Shown piece after piece: positions 45,746 through 54,870 of a stretch of 64,000 nucleotides of DNA. The translations under genes were made by a program, and so were the position numbers. The stretch is from Candidatus Saccharimonadales bacterium (lineage in GTDB: Bacteria > Patescibacteriota > Saccharimonadia > Saccharimonadales > UBA4665). The DNA lies in assembly GCA_035758825.1 (NCBI GenBank), contig DASTWA010000009.1, positions 417 to 64,416 on the forward strand, given 5' to 3'. Position 1 is the stretch's first letter. Each line of letters starts with the position of its first letter. Under the pieces are notes generated by a model, which did not search any database, had not been told where the DNA came from, and was given only the letters and a program-made list of their open reading frames with translations.

Positions 45746-47512
45746 CTATGCACCTCCCTTATGAGTTTTTAATAGATTATCGAGTTCCTTTACCTTATGT
45801 AAAAGGGTAAGTTGTTTTTCTTCGTCGGCCGTTTGCAGTTCGTGGGCGATACGCTGTTTTTGCATTTTGACATATTGGCCTATCAGCTTCCCCAGTACAT
45901 GTGATGTCTCGTATTCGAGTTCGTGGGTCTCAACGTCTTGATAGAGCTCTTCGTAATGTAATGAAAGGATTTTAACATAATCTCCTATAGACAGCAATTC
46001 CTCCACCTTGGCGGCTTGCCCCGAAAAGTCCGGATTGGCCTGCAGGAAGGTCAGAAGTTGTCTGGCGTTGTCATCGTGCATCATGGCGGCTGTGACCGGC
46101 TCGATAAACCTTCGGAGCTTGGGCTGCATCAAGGCAATCGCCAATAGATGGTTCTGGGTCTTCATGTAGTCCAGGATTTCTTTGCTTGGGAGCTTAAACT
46201 CGCCCTTGGGCTGCTTGAGTTTAGGCTTGGCGGCAGCTTCCTTCTGATGGAGCTTGATGAGGAGGGCTTCACGGCTGACACCGATGCACTTCGAAATTTC
46301 ATCAATGTAGTGTTCTTGTTCCACGCCGTCAGCCAGACCGCGGATGACCGTTAATAGGACGTCGCTGAATTCACGCTTTCCTTGCGCCGTTGTGATGTCC
46401 AACTGCTTTTGGTATTTGCCCATGAGCCAATCGAGGGCATACTTGGGCTTTTCGATGGTCTGACGCCAGGCATTTACATCTTGCTTGATGAGCTCGTCCG
46501 GGTCCTTTCCGCTGGGAATATTAATAATACTCAGCGACACATTTACCTTGCTGGCGATAGGAATGGCACGTTCGGTCGCGTTGACCCCTGCCTTGTCGGC
46601 GTCAAAGCTCAGCCGGATGTCACCGGTAAACCGGCCGAGCGCTTTCAGTTGGTATTCAGTGAGTGCGGTTCCCGCAGTAGCCACGACCTGACGAATGCCT
46701 GCCTGGTGGCTGCTAATAACGTCCAGATTGCCCTCGGCAATCACCACGAACTTACTCTTGCGAATACCTTCCTTAGCCAGATGCAACCCAAAGACATGCC
46801 TCGATTTGTCGTACAGTGGCGTCTGGGGCGTGTTGATATACTTTGGCGCATTCGGATCATCCTTAAGCAGACGGGCCGTAAAACCGATGACCCGCCCTTG
46901 CGGGTCGGCCAACGGGATCATGATGCGGCCACGGAACATATCCCGCAAGCTGCGGTATCGTTTGGTCGCCAACCCGGCGGCAATGATCTCGTGAGCTTTA
47001 AACCCTTTGAATACCAGATGCTTTACCAGAGCCTCGCCGCCACTCGGGCTGTATCCGATTCGCCACTCCAGCACGGTCTGCTCAGTAAATTGGCGCTTGG
47101 TGTGCACATAATCGTAGGCTTCTTTGTTTTGCGGCAATCTGAGCTGCCCGTAATAATAACGGGTCGCCTCAAGCATAGCGTCGTATAAACGCTCTTTTTC
47201 TTTGCTGCGCTGGCCCGATCCGCTCGAACGGTACTGAGTTAAATCCACGCCGGCTTTGCGGGCTAAAAGCTCCAAAGCCCCCTTAAAGTCCAAGCCCTCC
47301 ATCTCCATGACAAAACTGAACATATTGCCGCCTTTGCCCGAACTAAAGTCATGCCAGATCTGCTTTTCGGGGCTGACCATAAAGCTCGGCGAGCGTTCGC
47401 TGCTAAACGGGCTCAGCCCTTTCCAGTTACGGCCGGCCCGCTTAAGTTCGACATAGTCACTAATGACCTCCTCGATGCTAAGCCTCTGCTTGATATCCTC
47501 AACCGCGTCCAT
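45746..47512 (-). CDS. dnaG: DNA primase
   Basis: 588 aa, colinear with DnaG (zinc-binding-domain region, TOPRIM with EGNLDVIS, C-terminal helicase-binding region). It is adjacent to rpoD as in many bacteria. Confidence 0.9.
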   Translation of the reverse strand: MDAVEDIKQRLSIEEVISDYVELKRAGRNWKGLSPFSSERSPSFMVSPEKQIWHDFSSGKGGNMFSFVMEMEGLDFKGALELLARKAGVDLTQYRSSGSGQRSKEKERLYDAMLEATRYYYGQLRLPQNKEAYDYVHTKRQFTEQTVLEWRIGYSPSGGEALVKHLVFKGFKAHEIIAAGLATKRYRSLRDMFRGRIMIPLADPQGRVIGFTARLLKDDPNAPKYINTPQTPLYDKSRHVFGLHLAKEGIRKSKFVVIAEGNLDVISSHQAGIRQVVATAGTALTEYQLKALGRFTGDIRLSFDADKAGVNATERAIPIASKVNVSLSIINIPSGKDPDELIKQDVNAWRQTIEKPKYALDWLMGKYQKQLDITTAQGKREFSDVLLTVIRGLADGVEQEHYIDEISKCIGVSREALLIKLHQKEAAAKPKLKQPKGEFKLPSKEILDYMKTQNHLLAIALMQPKLRRFIEPVTAAMMHDDNARQLLTFLQANPDFSGQAAKVEELLSIGDYVKILSLHYEELYQDVETHELEYETSHVLGKLIGQYVKMQKQRIAHELQTADEEKQLTLLHKVKELDNLLKTHKGGA

Positions 47513-47583
47513 TGCTTATATTGTACTCTATTGTACCTCTGTTTTACAGGTAGATGATTTTACCGACAGCAAGCTGAGTGATA

Positions 47584-47612
47584 TTGACTTATTATCAAGT
47601 TTATGCTTAAAT
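47584..47612 (+). promoter_or_regulatory. possible sigma70-type promoter
   Basis: TTGACT-17 nt-TTAAAT in the AT-rich divergent region. A GAAGG RBS precedes ATG 47651. Confidence 0.35.
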
Positions 47613-47650
47613 TATAAATAGAGAATCAAAATAACAAAAAGAAGGTCCAA

Positions 47651-48892
47651 ATGCACAATCCAAATACCGGAACCGGATTCGAAGAATTCACCCCAGCCGA
47701 AGTGTATGAAGCACTCGTCCAGCATAGCGATCATGAAGTCGATGCTATCCTCGAACAAGAAGCCGCCGACCGGGAGGCAGAACGGCCTGTTAACGAAAAA
47801 CATCTGGAGCGCCAAATTGCAGTATCAAACGACGTGGGGTCGCTTGCTCTGAATTTCTTGAACCGTGAAGGCGCGACCGGCGAAGACCTTATGTCGGAAC
47901 TTTCCCGTCAGGGGATGGAATTACGAAAAGCAAACCAGGCAGATTTTCCTGCGAGCCATAAATGGCATGACCCGGCACGCCGACAGGCACTCGCCCACCG
48001 CTTGACGACTCTCAGCCGTATGGCCCCCGAGGATCTTTTCGGAAGCGCCAAGCCGAATGCCTCCGAAAGAAGTGAAGAGAACGTGCAAAAATTGCTCGCC
48101 GAGATTCTTGATACAGGCAAAAAAATTAACAGCATCGGCCTCTATGGCGACCAACCCGGCCGTGGTCTTTCCGTTCTAAAAGCTGGTGAGACACTTAGAG
48201 GTGCATCCCTGGAAAATATTCATCTAGCGCCAATTAATGTTTGGGCATCTAAAGTAGGTCAACAGGAAGCCAATGAGTTCCGCTCCACAGGAAAAACTGC
48301 CGACATCCTTGCCGAAGCAATTGCCTTCACCCCGACAATCGAAAGGACGCGCACGGTAACTAAGCCAGCTGTGCCGAAACGTCTTTTCAGGACGGCTGAA
48401 AGCGAAGAAGCAACCTACTCCTATGCACCAACGATGGTTGAGGGCCCGCAGGGCCAGGAACCAGGAGTTATCGTTTCGTACAAGTATCAACCTATTTGGT
48501 CTGGCCCTGAGGCCGAAAAAGCAATGGTGGCCAAGGGTGGTGACTTCTACCAGGAATCCAGTGGCGTCCGTCAGGGCAATATTCATGCCTACGCCGTAGT
48601 ATTACCCTCGTCGCTCGCAGAAAAATTCCGGACTGCCGTCCAGGCCAACCCTGAGGTTGCACGCAAACTGGGAGATTCAATCGTCCAGGAATATGCCAAT
48701 GACACCTATAAGGAACGCTGGAACACCGAGAAAGCCCGTGAACAAGGAGGCGAAAAATTCGGCCACCACGTCTACCCAACATACAACAGCTTGCCCGACG
48801 ATGTCCCCGTCCACATTTATGACGCTACGATGTCTCCCCATGACAGGCAAGTCGGGAGAGAAGATTATAGCCATACAATCCTTGCGCGCTAG
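47651..48892 (+). CDS. hypothetical cytoplasmic protein
   Basis: 413-aa ORF with no TM or signal peptide and no family I recognise. Confidence 0.5.
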   Translation: MHNPNTGTGFEEFTPAEVYEALVQHSDHEVDAILEQEAADREAERPVNEKHLERQIAVSNDVGSLALNFLNREGATGEDLMSELSRQGMELRKANQADFPASHKWHDPARRQALAHRLTTLSRMAPEDLFGSAKPNASERSEENVQKLLAEILDTGKKINSIGLYGDQPGRGLSVLKAGETLRGASLENIHLAPINVWASKVGQQEANEFRSTGKTADILAEAIAFTPTIERTRTVTKPAVPKRLFRTAESEEATYSYAPTMVEGPQGQEPGVIVSYKYQPIWSGPEAEKAMVAKGGDFYQESSGVRQGNIHAYAVVLPSSLAEKFRTAVQANPEVARKLGDSIVQEYANDTYKERWNTEKAREQGGEKFGHHVYPTYNSLPDDVPVHIYDATMSPHDRQVGREDYSHTILAR

Positions 48893-48939
48893 TTCAACAC
48901 CCCTTTATTAACGTAAGCAATGTATGTTTAAATACACGC

Positions 48940-49584
48940 ATGGATCCGTATCAGCAGTATCAAGCTCCTCAGCAAGGCAGCCCTTACGAATTTATTCTCA
49001 ACCCATCCAAGCCACCCAAAAAAAAGTTCGGTTTGGGCGGCAATAACTTTGCCGTCACATTGGGCCTCATCATTGGCGGCGCGCTCATTTTTATGATCGT
49101 GCTGACACTGCTGCTGAATGCTGTCGGCGGTAAAACCCTCAGCAAAGCTGACCTCATTGCCCTGGCCCAGACCGAAAACGAACTGGTTCGCGTTTCGCAG
49201 ACCGCAGCCGCTACAGCCACCCAACAAACAACCAAGAACCTAGCTGTTACCATCCAGTTCAGCATGCTGACCCAGCAAAAGAAAACGCTTAATTTTTTGG
49301 CCCAGAACGGAGTCGACGTCGACGAAAAAGAGTTGGGGCTCAAACAGAACGCCACGACCGACCAGCAGCTCGCCAGCGCCAAGACAACCAGCACCTTCGA
49401 CCTGACATTCTCACAGATCATGCAAGACGAGCTGGAGGCTTACGCCCGCAACCTAAAGGCGCTTAATGCATCTGCCGCCAATAAAACAGAAAGTGATCTG
49501 ACCAGCACATTCTATACGCAGACGCAGCTACTTATTAGTCAAATTCCTTACACCCAAGACCGGATTCAAGAGGGCGCACAGTAA
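48940..49584 (+). CDS. membrane-anchored hypothetical protein
   Basis: 214 aa with a Gln/Pro-rich N-terminus, one TM segment (FAVTLGLIIGGALIFMIVLTLLL) and a helical ectodomain. Confidence 0.5.
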   Translation: MDPYQQYQAPQQGSPYEFILNPSKPPKKKFGLGGNNFAVTLGLIIGGALIFMIVLTLLLNAVGGKTLSKADLIALAQTENELVRVSQTAAATATQQTTKNLAVTIQFSMLTQQKKTLNFLAQNGVDVDEKELGLKQNATTDQQLASAKTTSTFDLTFSQIMQDELEAYARNLKALNASAANKTESDLTSTFYTQTQLLISQIPYTQDRIQEGAQ

Positions 49585-49592
49585 AGACCAGC

Positions 49593-49922
49593 CTACTGGC
49601 CAGTTACAAGATTGTACGAATGACGGATGAGGTCCTGTACCTCTTCCCAGCTTAGCTGACCGCTGAGAACCATCGTGTTCCAGTGTTTTTTATTCAGATG
49701 GTAGCCTGGCATAACGGTTTCGTAGCGCTCACGGAGTGTTTGTGCCAGAAGCGGATCGCATTTGAGGCTGATCCGAACCGGATTGCTATCCTCCTGGACC
49801 AGTGCAAACATTTTATCGTCCTTAGTCTTATAGACGGCGACACCCTCGCCGAATGGGTAGTCCAAACGAGCGTTTGGCATGCTCATGAGATACTGTTCTA
49901 TTTCTTTGTGTGTAATCATCAA
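49593..49922 (-). CDS. MmcQ/YjbR-family protein
   Basis: 109 aa. …DYPFGEGVAVYKTKDDKMFALV…ISLKCDP…YHLNKKHWNT… is typical of the family. Confidence 0.75.
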   Translation of the reverse strand: MMITHKEIEQYLMSMPNARLDYPFGEGVAVYKTKDDKMFALVQEDSNPVRISLKCDPLLAQTLRERYETVMPGYHLNKKHWNTMVLSGQLSWEEVQDLIRHSYNLVTGQ

Positions 49923-49924
49923 AA

Positions 49925-50563
49925 TTACTCTATCACATCCAAGATGGAAGGAACATTATGGACAACGTGGTCGGCACCAGCGGCAAAAAGCGCGTCGACA
50001 TTGCCAAAGCCATGCGATATGCCGATAGTCTTGCCGACCCCGGCGTTTTTACCAACCAAAATGTCGACAGCCGTGTCGCCGACAACGACCACATCTTCTG
50101 GAGTAATGCCTAATTCATTAATGATGAGGTGCAGGCCTTCGGGGTGGGGCTTGGGGTTCTCTACCTTCTCGGCGGTTACAATACTGTCAAAATGGTGCCT
50201 GATATTAGTGCGGTCCAGGCAGCCGACAGTGAGGTTGTTGCCGGAAGTAAGGGCTGCCACCCGCATATCCATACGCTTTAGGATAGACAGCAGCTCGTCA
50301 ACACCATCATATAGCCTCAAAAAACGGTCGTAAGATTGCAGGCGTATGTCTTGATGGGTGCGCAATATTTCATCAAACGGCACCTTTGTATTGCGAACCA
50401 GCGAACGGACAATCTGCTCGGTCGTGCCATGGGCTGACGCGTTGATCATCTCCCGGGCGATTGGCGCCCCGTCGTAAATACGGGTCAGTTCCTGGAACTG
50501 CCAGTAAAAGCCTTGGCGTACGTCCAAAAGCGTACCGTCTAAATCAAAAACTATTGCCTTCAT
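49925..50563 (-). CDS. HAD-superfamily hydrolase (phosphoglycolate phosphatase-like)
   Basis: 212 aa with motif I FDLDGTLLD, motif II LTSGN and motif IV VGDTAVD. Confidence 0.85.
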   Translation of the reverse strand: MKAIVFDLDGTLLDVRQGFYWQFQELTRIYDGAPIAREMINASAHGTTEQIVRSLVRNTKVPFDEILRTHQDIRLQSYDRFLRLYDGVDELLSILKRMDMRVAALTSGNNLTVGCLDRTNIRHHFDSIVTAEKVENPKPHPEGLHLIINELGITPEDVVVVGDTAVDILVGKNAGVGKTIGISHGFGNVDALFAAGADHVVHNVPSILDVIE

Positions 50564-50591
50564 GCCGAGTTCTTATCTTGAAAAGATACTT

Positions 50592-50620
50592 ATTATAATA
50601 TTTTTTAGAAAATATGTAAA
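50592..50620 (-). promoter_or_regulatory. sigma70-type promoter of the HAD gene
   Basis: The minus strand reads TTTACA-17 nt-TATAAT, about 28 nt upstream of ATG 50563. Confidence 0.5.
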
Positions 50621-50794
50621 CATACTTCGGTAGTGTCTCAGATGTGCATGCAAAACTACCCTACAGCTCACTAAAGCCACGAAATTTATCTTGACATTAG
50701 GGAACTGCCGGACGGAATCAACAAAATGAGACGCTCGCGCGTATTCATAGTGTTGTCCGTCCGGACTTACGCTCTCTGTTGGCGGCTGGAACAA

Positions 50795-51205
50795 TCAGAT
50801 GAAGTCGCCTGGGTACAGCTGCCGCGCTTCCTGGGCGATTCCGTGGTTGTCACCAGCCCATCTTGCGGTGCCCTTGTCTGCGGTGGCAGCAAGGCCGTCA
50901 TCTTCATCATCAATGAGTTCTTGGGGCTCTTCTTCCTCCATTCTGCTCTCGTAATCGCAGTCGAGATGGCTAGTGTCCTCAATAATAATGAGGTTGCACC
51001 AGGAGCAGACCCGGAAGCCGTATGCACTGACGAAGCCAATGAAAGCAAGTTCCCAAGCGTTGTCAGCTTCGGTGCGCGCACTGATCTCTTTCTGAGAGGC
51101 ACGGACAACCATCTGGTTAGCGAGGTAGCAGGCGCTTTTTGAGTCAAGCAACCAAAGACCCTCAAGGATCTGAGACGGAGACAGCGCGTCGGATTGAGCG
51201 GACAT
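50795..51205 (-). CDS. orphan acidic protein
   Basis: 136 aa. I chose it among three overlapping ORFs because GAGGAGG precedes the ATG and a promoter lies upstream. The C-terminal half is highly acidic (MEEEEPQELIDDEDDG). Confidence 0.45.
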   Translation of the reverse strand: MSAQSDALSPSQILEGLWLLDSKSACYLANQMVVRASQKEISARTEADNAWELAFIGFVSAYGFRVCSWCNLIIIEDTSHLDCDYESRMEEEEPQELIDDEDDGLAATADKGTARWAGDNHGIAQEARQLYPGDFI

Positions 51206-51296
51206 GAACCCTCCTCAAAAGTGGTGGCATGACAGTACTCAACAGAGAACGTATAAGGTACTTCGGAAGTAGTTTTACCTCAGCGAAGAATATAAC

Positions 51297-51323
51297 ATTA
51301 TAACAATTATCAGTCTAAGTCAA
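51297..51323 (-). promoter_or_regulatory. extended -10 promoter of the orphan acidic protein gene
   Basis: The minus strand reads TTGACT-15 nt-(TGT)TATAAT, beginning 4 nt after the orn stop. Confidence 0.45.
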
Positions 51324-51326
51324 TAC

Positions 51327-51890
51327 CTAACCCTGGCTACGGAGCCATTCGATGTAGTACTGGAGTTCGGCTATTGACGCCTGTATATCGTCAAACGCGC
51401 GGTGGATCTCTTTCTTCTCGAACTCCACGCCGTACTTGCCTTGCATAAATACCTTGAGCGAACTCACGTCGAGCATACGGTAGTGTAGCTTCAGGTCAAA
51501 CTCCGGCCACCAATACTTGATGAAGTTGCGGTCATTATGGATAGAATTACCGGCGAGGACGGCAGGTTCATTGCCAAAATGTTCTTTTAGCAAGGCGACG
51601 AGTTCTTGTTCGACCTGGTGGAGCGGCTTGCCTTCCTCCAGCTTTTGAACAAATTCGTCGCGGTTCTCCGGAAAATCCTTCCACCAAATATTCTTTTGCA
51701 TCCGGTCAAGAACCAGCTCCTTAGGGTGGCTGACCCGGGCTTCGTAAGACGCCAGCGTCTTGAACTCGAAGTCAGTTATCTCGGCGGCAATCTCTAAAAT
51801 TACATCTTCGGTCGGGGATAACCCCGTCATTTCCAAATCTACCCAGAGTAGTTTGGTTGGGATGGCATGCTTGTCAATCATATGAGGCAT
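51327..51890 (-). CDS. orn: oligoribonuclease
   Basis: 187 aa with DEDDh motifs WVDLEMTGL, GNSIHNDRNF and HRAFDDIQASI. Confidence 0.9.
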   Translation of the reverse strand: MPHMIDKHAIPTKLLWVDLEMTGLSPTEDVILEIAAEITDFEFKTLASYEARVSHPKELVLDRMQKNIWWKDFPENRDEFVQKLEEGKPLHQVEQELVALLKEHFGNEPAVLAGNSIHNDRNFIKYWWPEFDLKLHYRMLDVSSLKVFMQGKYGVEFEKKEIHRAFDDIQASIAELQYYIEWLRSQG

Positions 51891-51896
51891 TATAGC

Positions 51897-52355
51897 CTAC
51901 TTGTCCTTTTGGGGCTTATCGAGCTTGTCCAGACGAAGGCCCTTGAACACGTAATACACCACGGCCGCCACGATGATAAACGAAATAAAACTATTCACAA
52001 ACGCACCCCAGCCAAACTGTGCAGTCTTGCCGTTAAGCGTTAGTTCGAAGGTCTTTTGCTTGAGCGTGCCTTCACCGGGGAGTAGCAGGCCGATTAACGG
52101 GTTCATGAAGCTTAAGACTAGCTGGTCGACCAGTACCTTGGCCTGTGTGCCGAGTACCAGACCGATAGCCAGGCCTACTACACTCTGCTCGCGCAAAAAA
52201 TCGACGAAGCCGCGCACCTGCTTAGTCACGATCGACTCCTGTTTTTGCGTGATGCGCAGCAGCCGCGCTTCGGCGCGGGCGGCGCGGACCTCGGCGCTTT
52301 CGGCGCGTTCGGTGGCGGTTAGCTTCTTGGTTGTCGTTTTACTCTTGGTTGCCAT
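51897..52355 (-). CDS. mscL: large-conductance mechanosensitive channel
   Basis: 152 aa. The core RGFVDFLREQSVVGLAIGLVLG…FISFIIVAAVVYYVFK is colinear with MscL. A basic N-terminal extension of about 35 aa precedes it. Confidence 0.85.
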   Translation of the reverse strand: MATKSKTTTKKLTATERAESAEVRAARAEARLLRITQKQESIVTKQVRGFVDFLREQSVVGLAIGLVLGTQAKVLVDQLVLSFMNPLIGLLLPGEGTLKQKTFELTLNGKTAQFGWGAFVNSFISFIIVAAVVYYVFKGLRLDKLDKPQKDK

Positions 52356-52372
52356 GGCACATCCTTTAACAG

Positions 52373-54049
52373 CTACATTCGCTCCGGTGCGGCGATCCCC
52401 AGCATTTCCAGCCCGTCCTTAAGCACATCGGCGTAGAGCGCCACCAACTTAACGCGGATCGCCTCGCGGGCATCGCCAACGACGCGGTTGTGTTCATAAA
52501 AACGGTTGAATACCTGTGCGAGCTCGTACAGGTACGTACAAATATGGTGCGGCATAAGTTCGTCGACGGCCTGCTGGACGATTTCTGGATACTCGCTGAT
52601 CTTGCGTGCCAAGGAGCGTTCTCCGGGCTGAAGGCTGGCTATAGCAGAAACCGGTGCACTGCTGCTTTTACTAAGTATGCTCCGGGCGCGGGCATGGGCA
52701 TACTGCAGGTAGGGGCCAGAATTACCCTCAAGGCTGATCGATTCTTCCGGCGTATAAATAATATCGGGTCCGATGCGCTGCTTGAGGAATGCATACTTTA
52801 CAGCACCGAGCACGGCCTGCTCGTCGTCGCGGCCGGTCGCCTGCCTATTGGCTTCGGCTGCGGCATCCAGGACGTCGCCGGCCCGCAGGATATTGCCCTT
52901 CCGCGAGCTCATCTTTACCCCGCCCTTCATTTTGACAATACCATGGGTCAGATGGGTCGTCGCGGCCGCCAACTCCGGAGCAAACTGCTCAATACTCTTG
53001 AGTACGACGGCCATGTACTGCTCTTGGCCGTTGTCGGTAATTATTACCGAGCGGTCAAAGTCATAATCCTGCTTCTTAAGCATAATAAGGCCGACATCCT
53101 TAGCCTCGTAGGTCGGGATCCCCTGCGAGTTAATAAAGACGCGGGTGTGCAGGCCGTATGGTTCGCCCTTGAACACAATTGCGCCATCACTTTCCTCGTA
53201 TATGCCGGGCTTAATGTGGTCCTTGACTGTTTGGATGCCAATCGGCGCACAGATGCTTTCGGGGTAGTATTTCTCGAACGGCGTGCCGATGCGGGCATAA
53301 AATTCGTCGAATGCCTCGTAGCTCCATTCACGGCAGGTCCAATACATTTGCGCAAACGGTGTCTCACGTTCACCTGTTTCGTGCAGCTGATATACCTTTT
53401 TATTCAATTCGACAATAGCTTGTTTGGCGGCCTCGTCTTCGTCGTAGGCATTGTTGCCGGTCACATAGCATTGCGCCATCCAGGCCGACCGCTCATTAAC
53501 CGGAATCTCGGCTAGATTTTCTGGGTGTTCGCCACCCAAATCCTTGAGCATCGCCCACATAGTCTTCCCTACGTGCAGTCCAACGTCCCCTCCAAAATTA
53601 ACGCGGTGGATTTCGGCGCCGGCTGCGTGCAACAGACTGCCGATGGCATAGCCAACAACGCTGGTATACAGGTGACCGGCATGAAGGATTTTAAAGGGGT
53701 TGGGATCCGAATACTCAGTTACTACAATCTGCCCTTTATACGTATCAGGCTTTGCGCCGGGGGCGGCGGCAGCCATGTCGGCGAGCGCACTATCGCTCAG
53801 TTTGATATTGATAAAGCCGGGGCCGGCGATACTAATGTCAGATACCTGGTCACCCAGTTTTTCTTTGAGGGCGGCAACCACTTCGTCGGCTACTTCGCGC
53901 GGATTACGACGCAAACGGCCCGCAAGCTGCATGGCGACGTTAGTGGCGTAATCCCCGAACTGTTCGTCCGGGCGCGTAAGTTCGGGCTGTTGGTCGACAG
54001 CATACAAATCCCGAATTACGCTCTCGAGCGTTGAATAAAGTGCTTGCAT
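52373..54049 (-). CDS. argS: arginine--tRNA ligase
   Basis: The start is set at MQALYSTLES (ATG 54049), preceded by GGGG. The protein has the HIGH-type LHAGHL and an MSSRKG (KMSKS-type) loop. Confidence 0.95.
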   Translation of the reverse strand: MQALYSTLESVIRDLYAVDQQPELTRPDEQFGDYATNVAMQLAGRLRRNPREVADEVVAALKEKLGDQVSDISIAGPGFINIKLSDSALADMAAAAPGAKPDTYKGQIVVTEYSDPNPFKILHAGHLYTSVVGYAIGSLLHAAGAEIHRVNFGGDVGLHVGKTMWAMLKDLGGEHPENLAEIPVNERSAWMAQCYVTGNNAYDEDEAAKQAIVELNKKVYQLHETGERETPFAQMYWTCREWSYEAFDEFYARIGTPFEKYYPESICAPIGIQTVKDHIKPGIYEESDGAIVFKGEPYGLHTRVFINSQGIPTYEAKDVGLIMLKKQDYDFDRSVIITDNGQEQYMAVVLKSIEQFAPELAAATTHLTHGIVKMKGGVKMSSRKGNILRAGDVLDAAAEANRQATGRDDEQAVLGAVKYAFLKQRIGPDIIYTPEESISLEGNSGPYLQYAHARARSILSKSSSAPVSAIASLQPGERSLARKISEYPEIVQQAVDELMPHHICTYLYELAQVFNRFYEHNRVVGDAREAIRVKLVALYADVLKDGLEMLGIAAPERM

Positions 54050-54068
54050 AGTACCCCTATTATAACAG

Positions 54069-54177
54069 AGCTGACCGCTTGTAGTTCGTAACAGGTGCAG
54101 AAACCGCCAAGGGCACATGGCCTTGGTTTCCTCGCGGACTATAGCCGAGCCCTGTTACGAACTACAGGCGGTCAGCT
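54069..54177. repeat. 27-bp inverted repeat enclosing a 55-nt structured spacer
   Basis: The arms are agctgaccgcttgtagttcgtaacagg (54069-54095) and cctgttacgaactacaggcggtcagct (54151-54177). They are complementary at 26/27 positions, and the exception is G-U compatible in the plus-strand sense (C-A in the minus-strand gene sense). The spacer contains a further hairpin, gaaacc…ggtttc, at 54100-54130. Confidence 0.8.
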
Positions 54178-54870
54178 TTCTTTTTGCTGGCGGGCTACTT
54201 TGGCGACATACCAAAGCACTATATACATAGAGGCAAGCAGCACAAAAAAGCTGGCTGTTGTCGTAAAGGCCTGGGGGTGTTCCCTGGGGTTCAAAACCCG
54301 ATCCGAAACGTCAAACAACACCGACGAAGGGTTAGTAAGAATATCCCAGGTATTCCACCTAAGCTCCCGGCCTATATAGATGGCGAAACTGCAGAGCAAA
54401 AGAATGACCCCCATAAAAATAACGGCTGTACGGGCGGCAACCCGCTTGGCGAGTTCCCAGTGGACGATAAATAGGCTGACTAGCCCCAAAAATACGCCGT
54501 TAAAGATGAACGAAGCAAACATAACTACGTCATACAACAGATCAACCCGCCCTACTTCCTGGATGTGGACGAAATCGCTGACCATATAAAAGGTATTAGG
54601 CAAAAGAACCAGCCACAAGCCGGTTACCGCAAGGGCATACCAGCTTGACCATAAATTGTGATGGAGTGTCCGTTCCAGCCAAAGCGTCACTAGCAGTGAG
54701 ATCCAGGCCAAAATCAAATTCCAGGGCAAATAACTAAAGGCATAGTCATGGTTGCTCCAGGCGCCAGCAACATACAGGCCCAGACTCGCCAGACTCGATA
54801 CTCCCAACGCCAAGCCCAGCTTGACGCGAGCGGATATATAGGGCCGCTGCATGTGCCTATTATACTGCAA
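54172..54870 (-). CDS. DUF1361-like polytopic membrane protein
   Basis: 232 aa with …WNLILAWISL…LLPNTFYMVSDFVHI…RWNTWD… resembling DUF1361. The start may be the Met at 54852. Confidence 0.65.
   Translation of the reverse strand: MQYNRHMQRPYISARVKLGLALGVSSLASLGLYVAGAWSNHDYAFSYLPWNLILAWISLLVTLWLERTLHHNLWSSWYALAVTGLWLVLLPNTFYMVSDFVHIQEVGRVDLLYDVVMFASFIFNGVFLGLVSLFIVHWELAKRVAARTAVIFMGVILLLCSFAIYIGRELRWNTWDILTNPSSVLFDVSDRVLNPREHPQAFTTTASFFVLLASMYIVLWYVAKVARQQKES

Noticed and set aside
52490-53515. 341-aa plus-strand ORF
   Set aside because: It is antisense to argS, has no RBS or recognisable motifs, and is a shadow ORF.
54053-54171. T-box riboswitch upstream of argS
   Set aside because: The leader is only ~120 nt. 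It lacks the conserved T-box sequence (AGGGUGGNACCGCG-like), specifier-loop architecture and a terminator/antiterminator pair. The dominant feature is a simple 27-bp inverted repeat.
54095-54379. 94-aa plus-strand ORF starting inside the inverted-repeat element
   Set aside because: It runs antisense into the DUF1361 gene and has no RBS. The open frame is better explained by the structured repeat and the opposite-strand gene.
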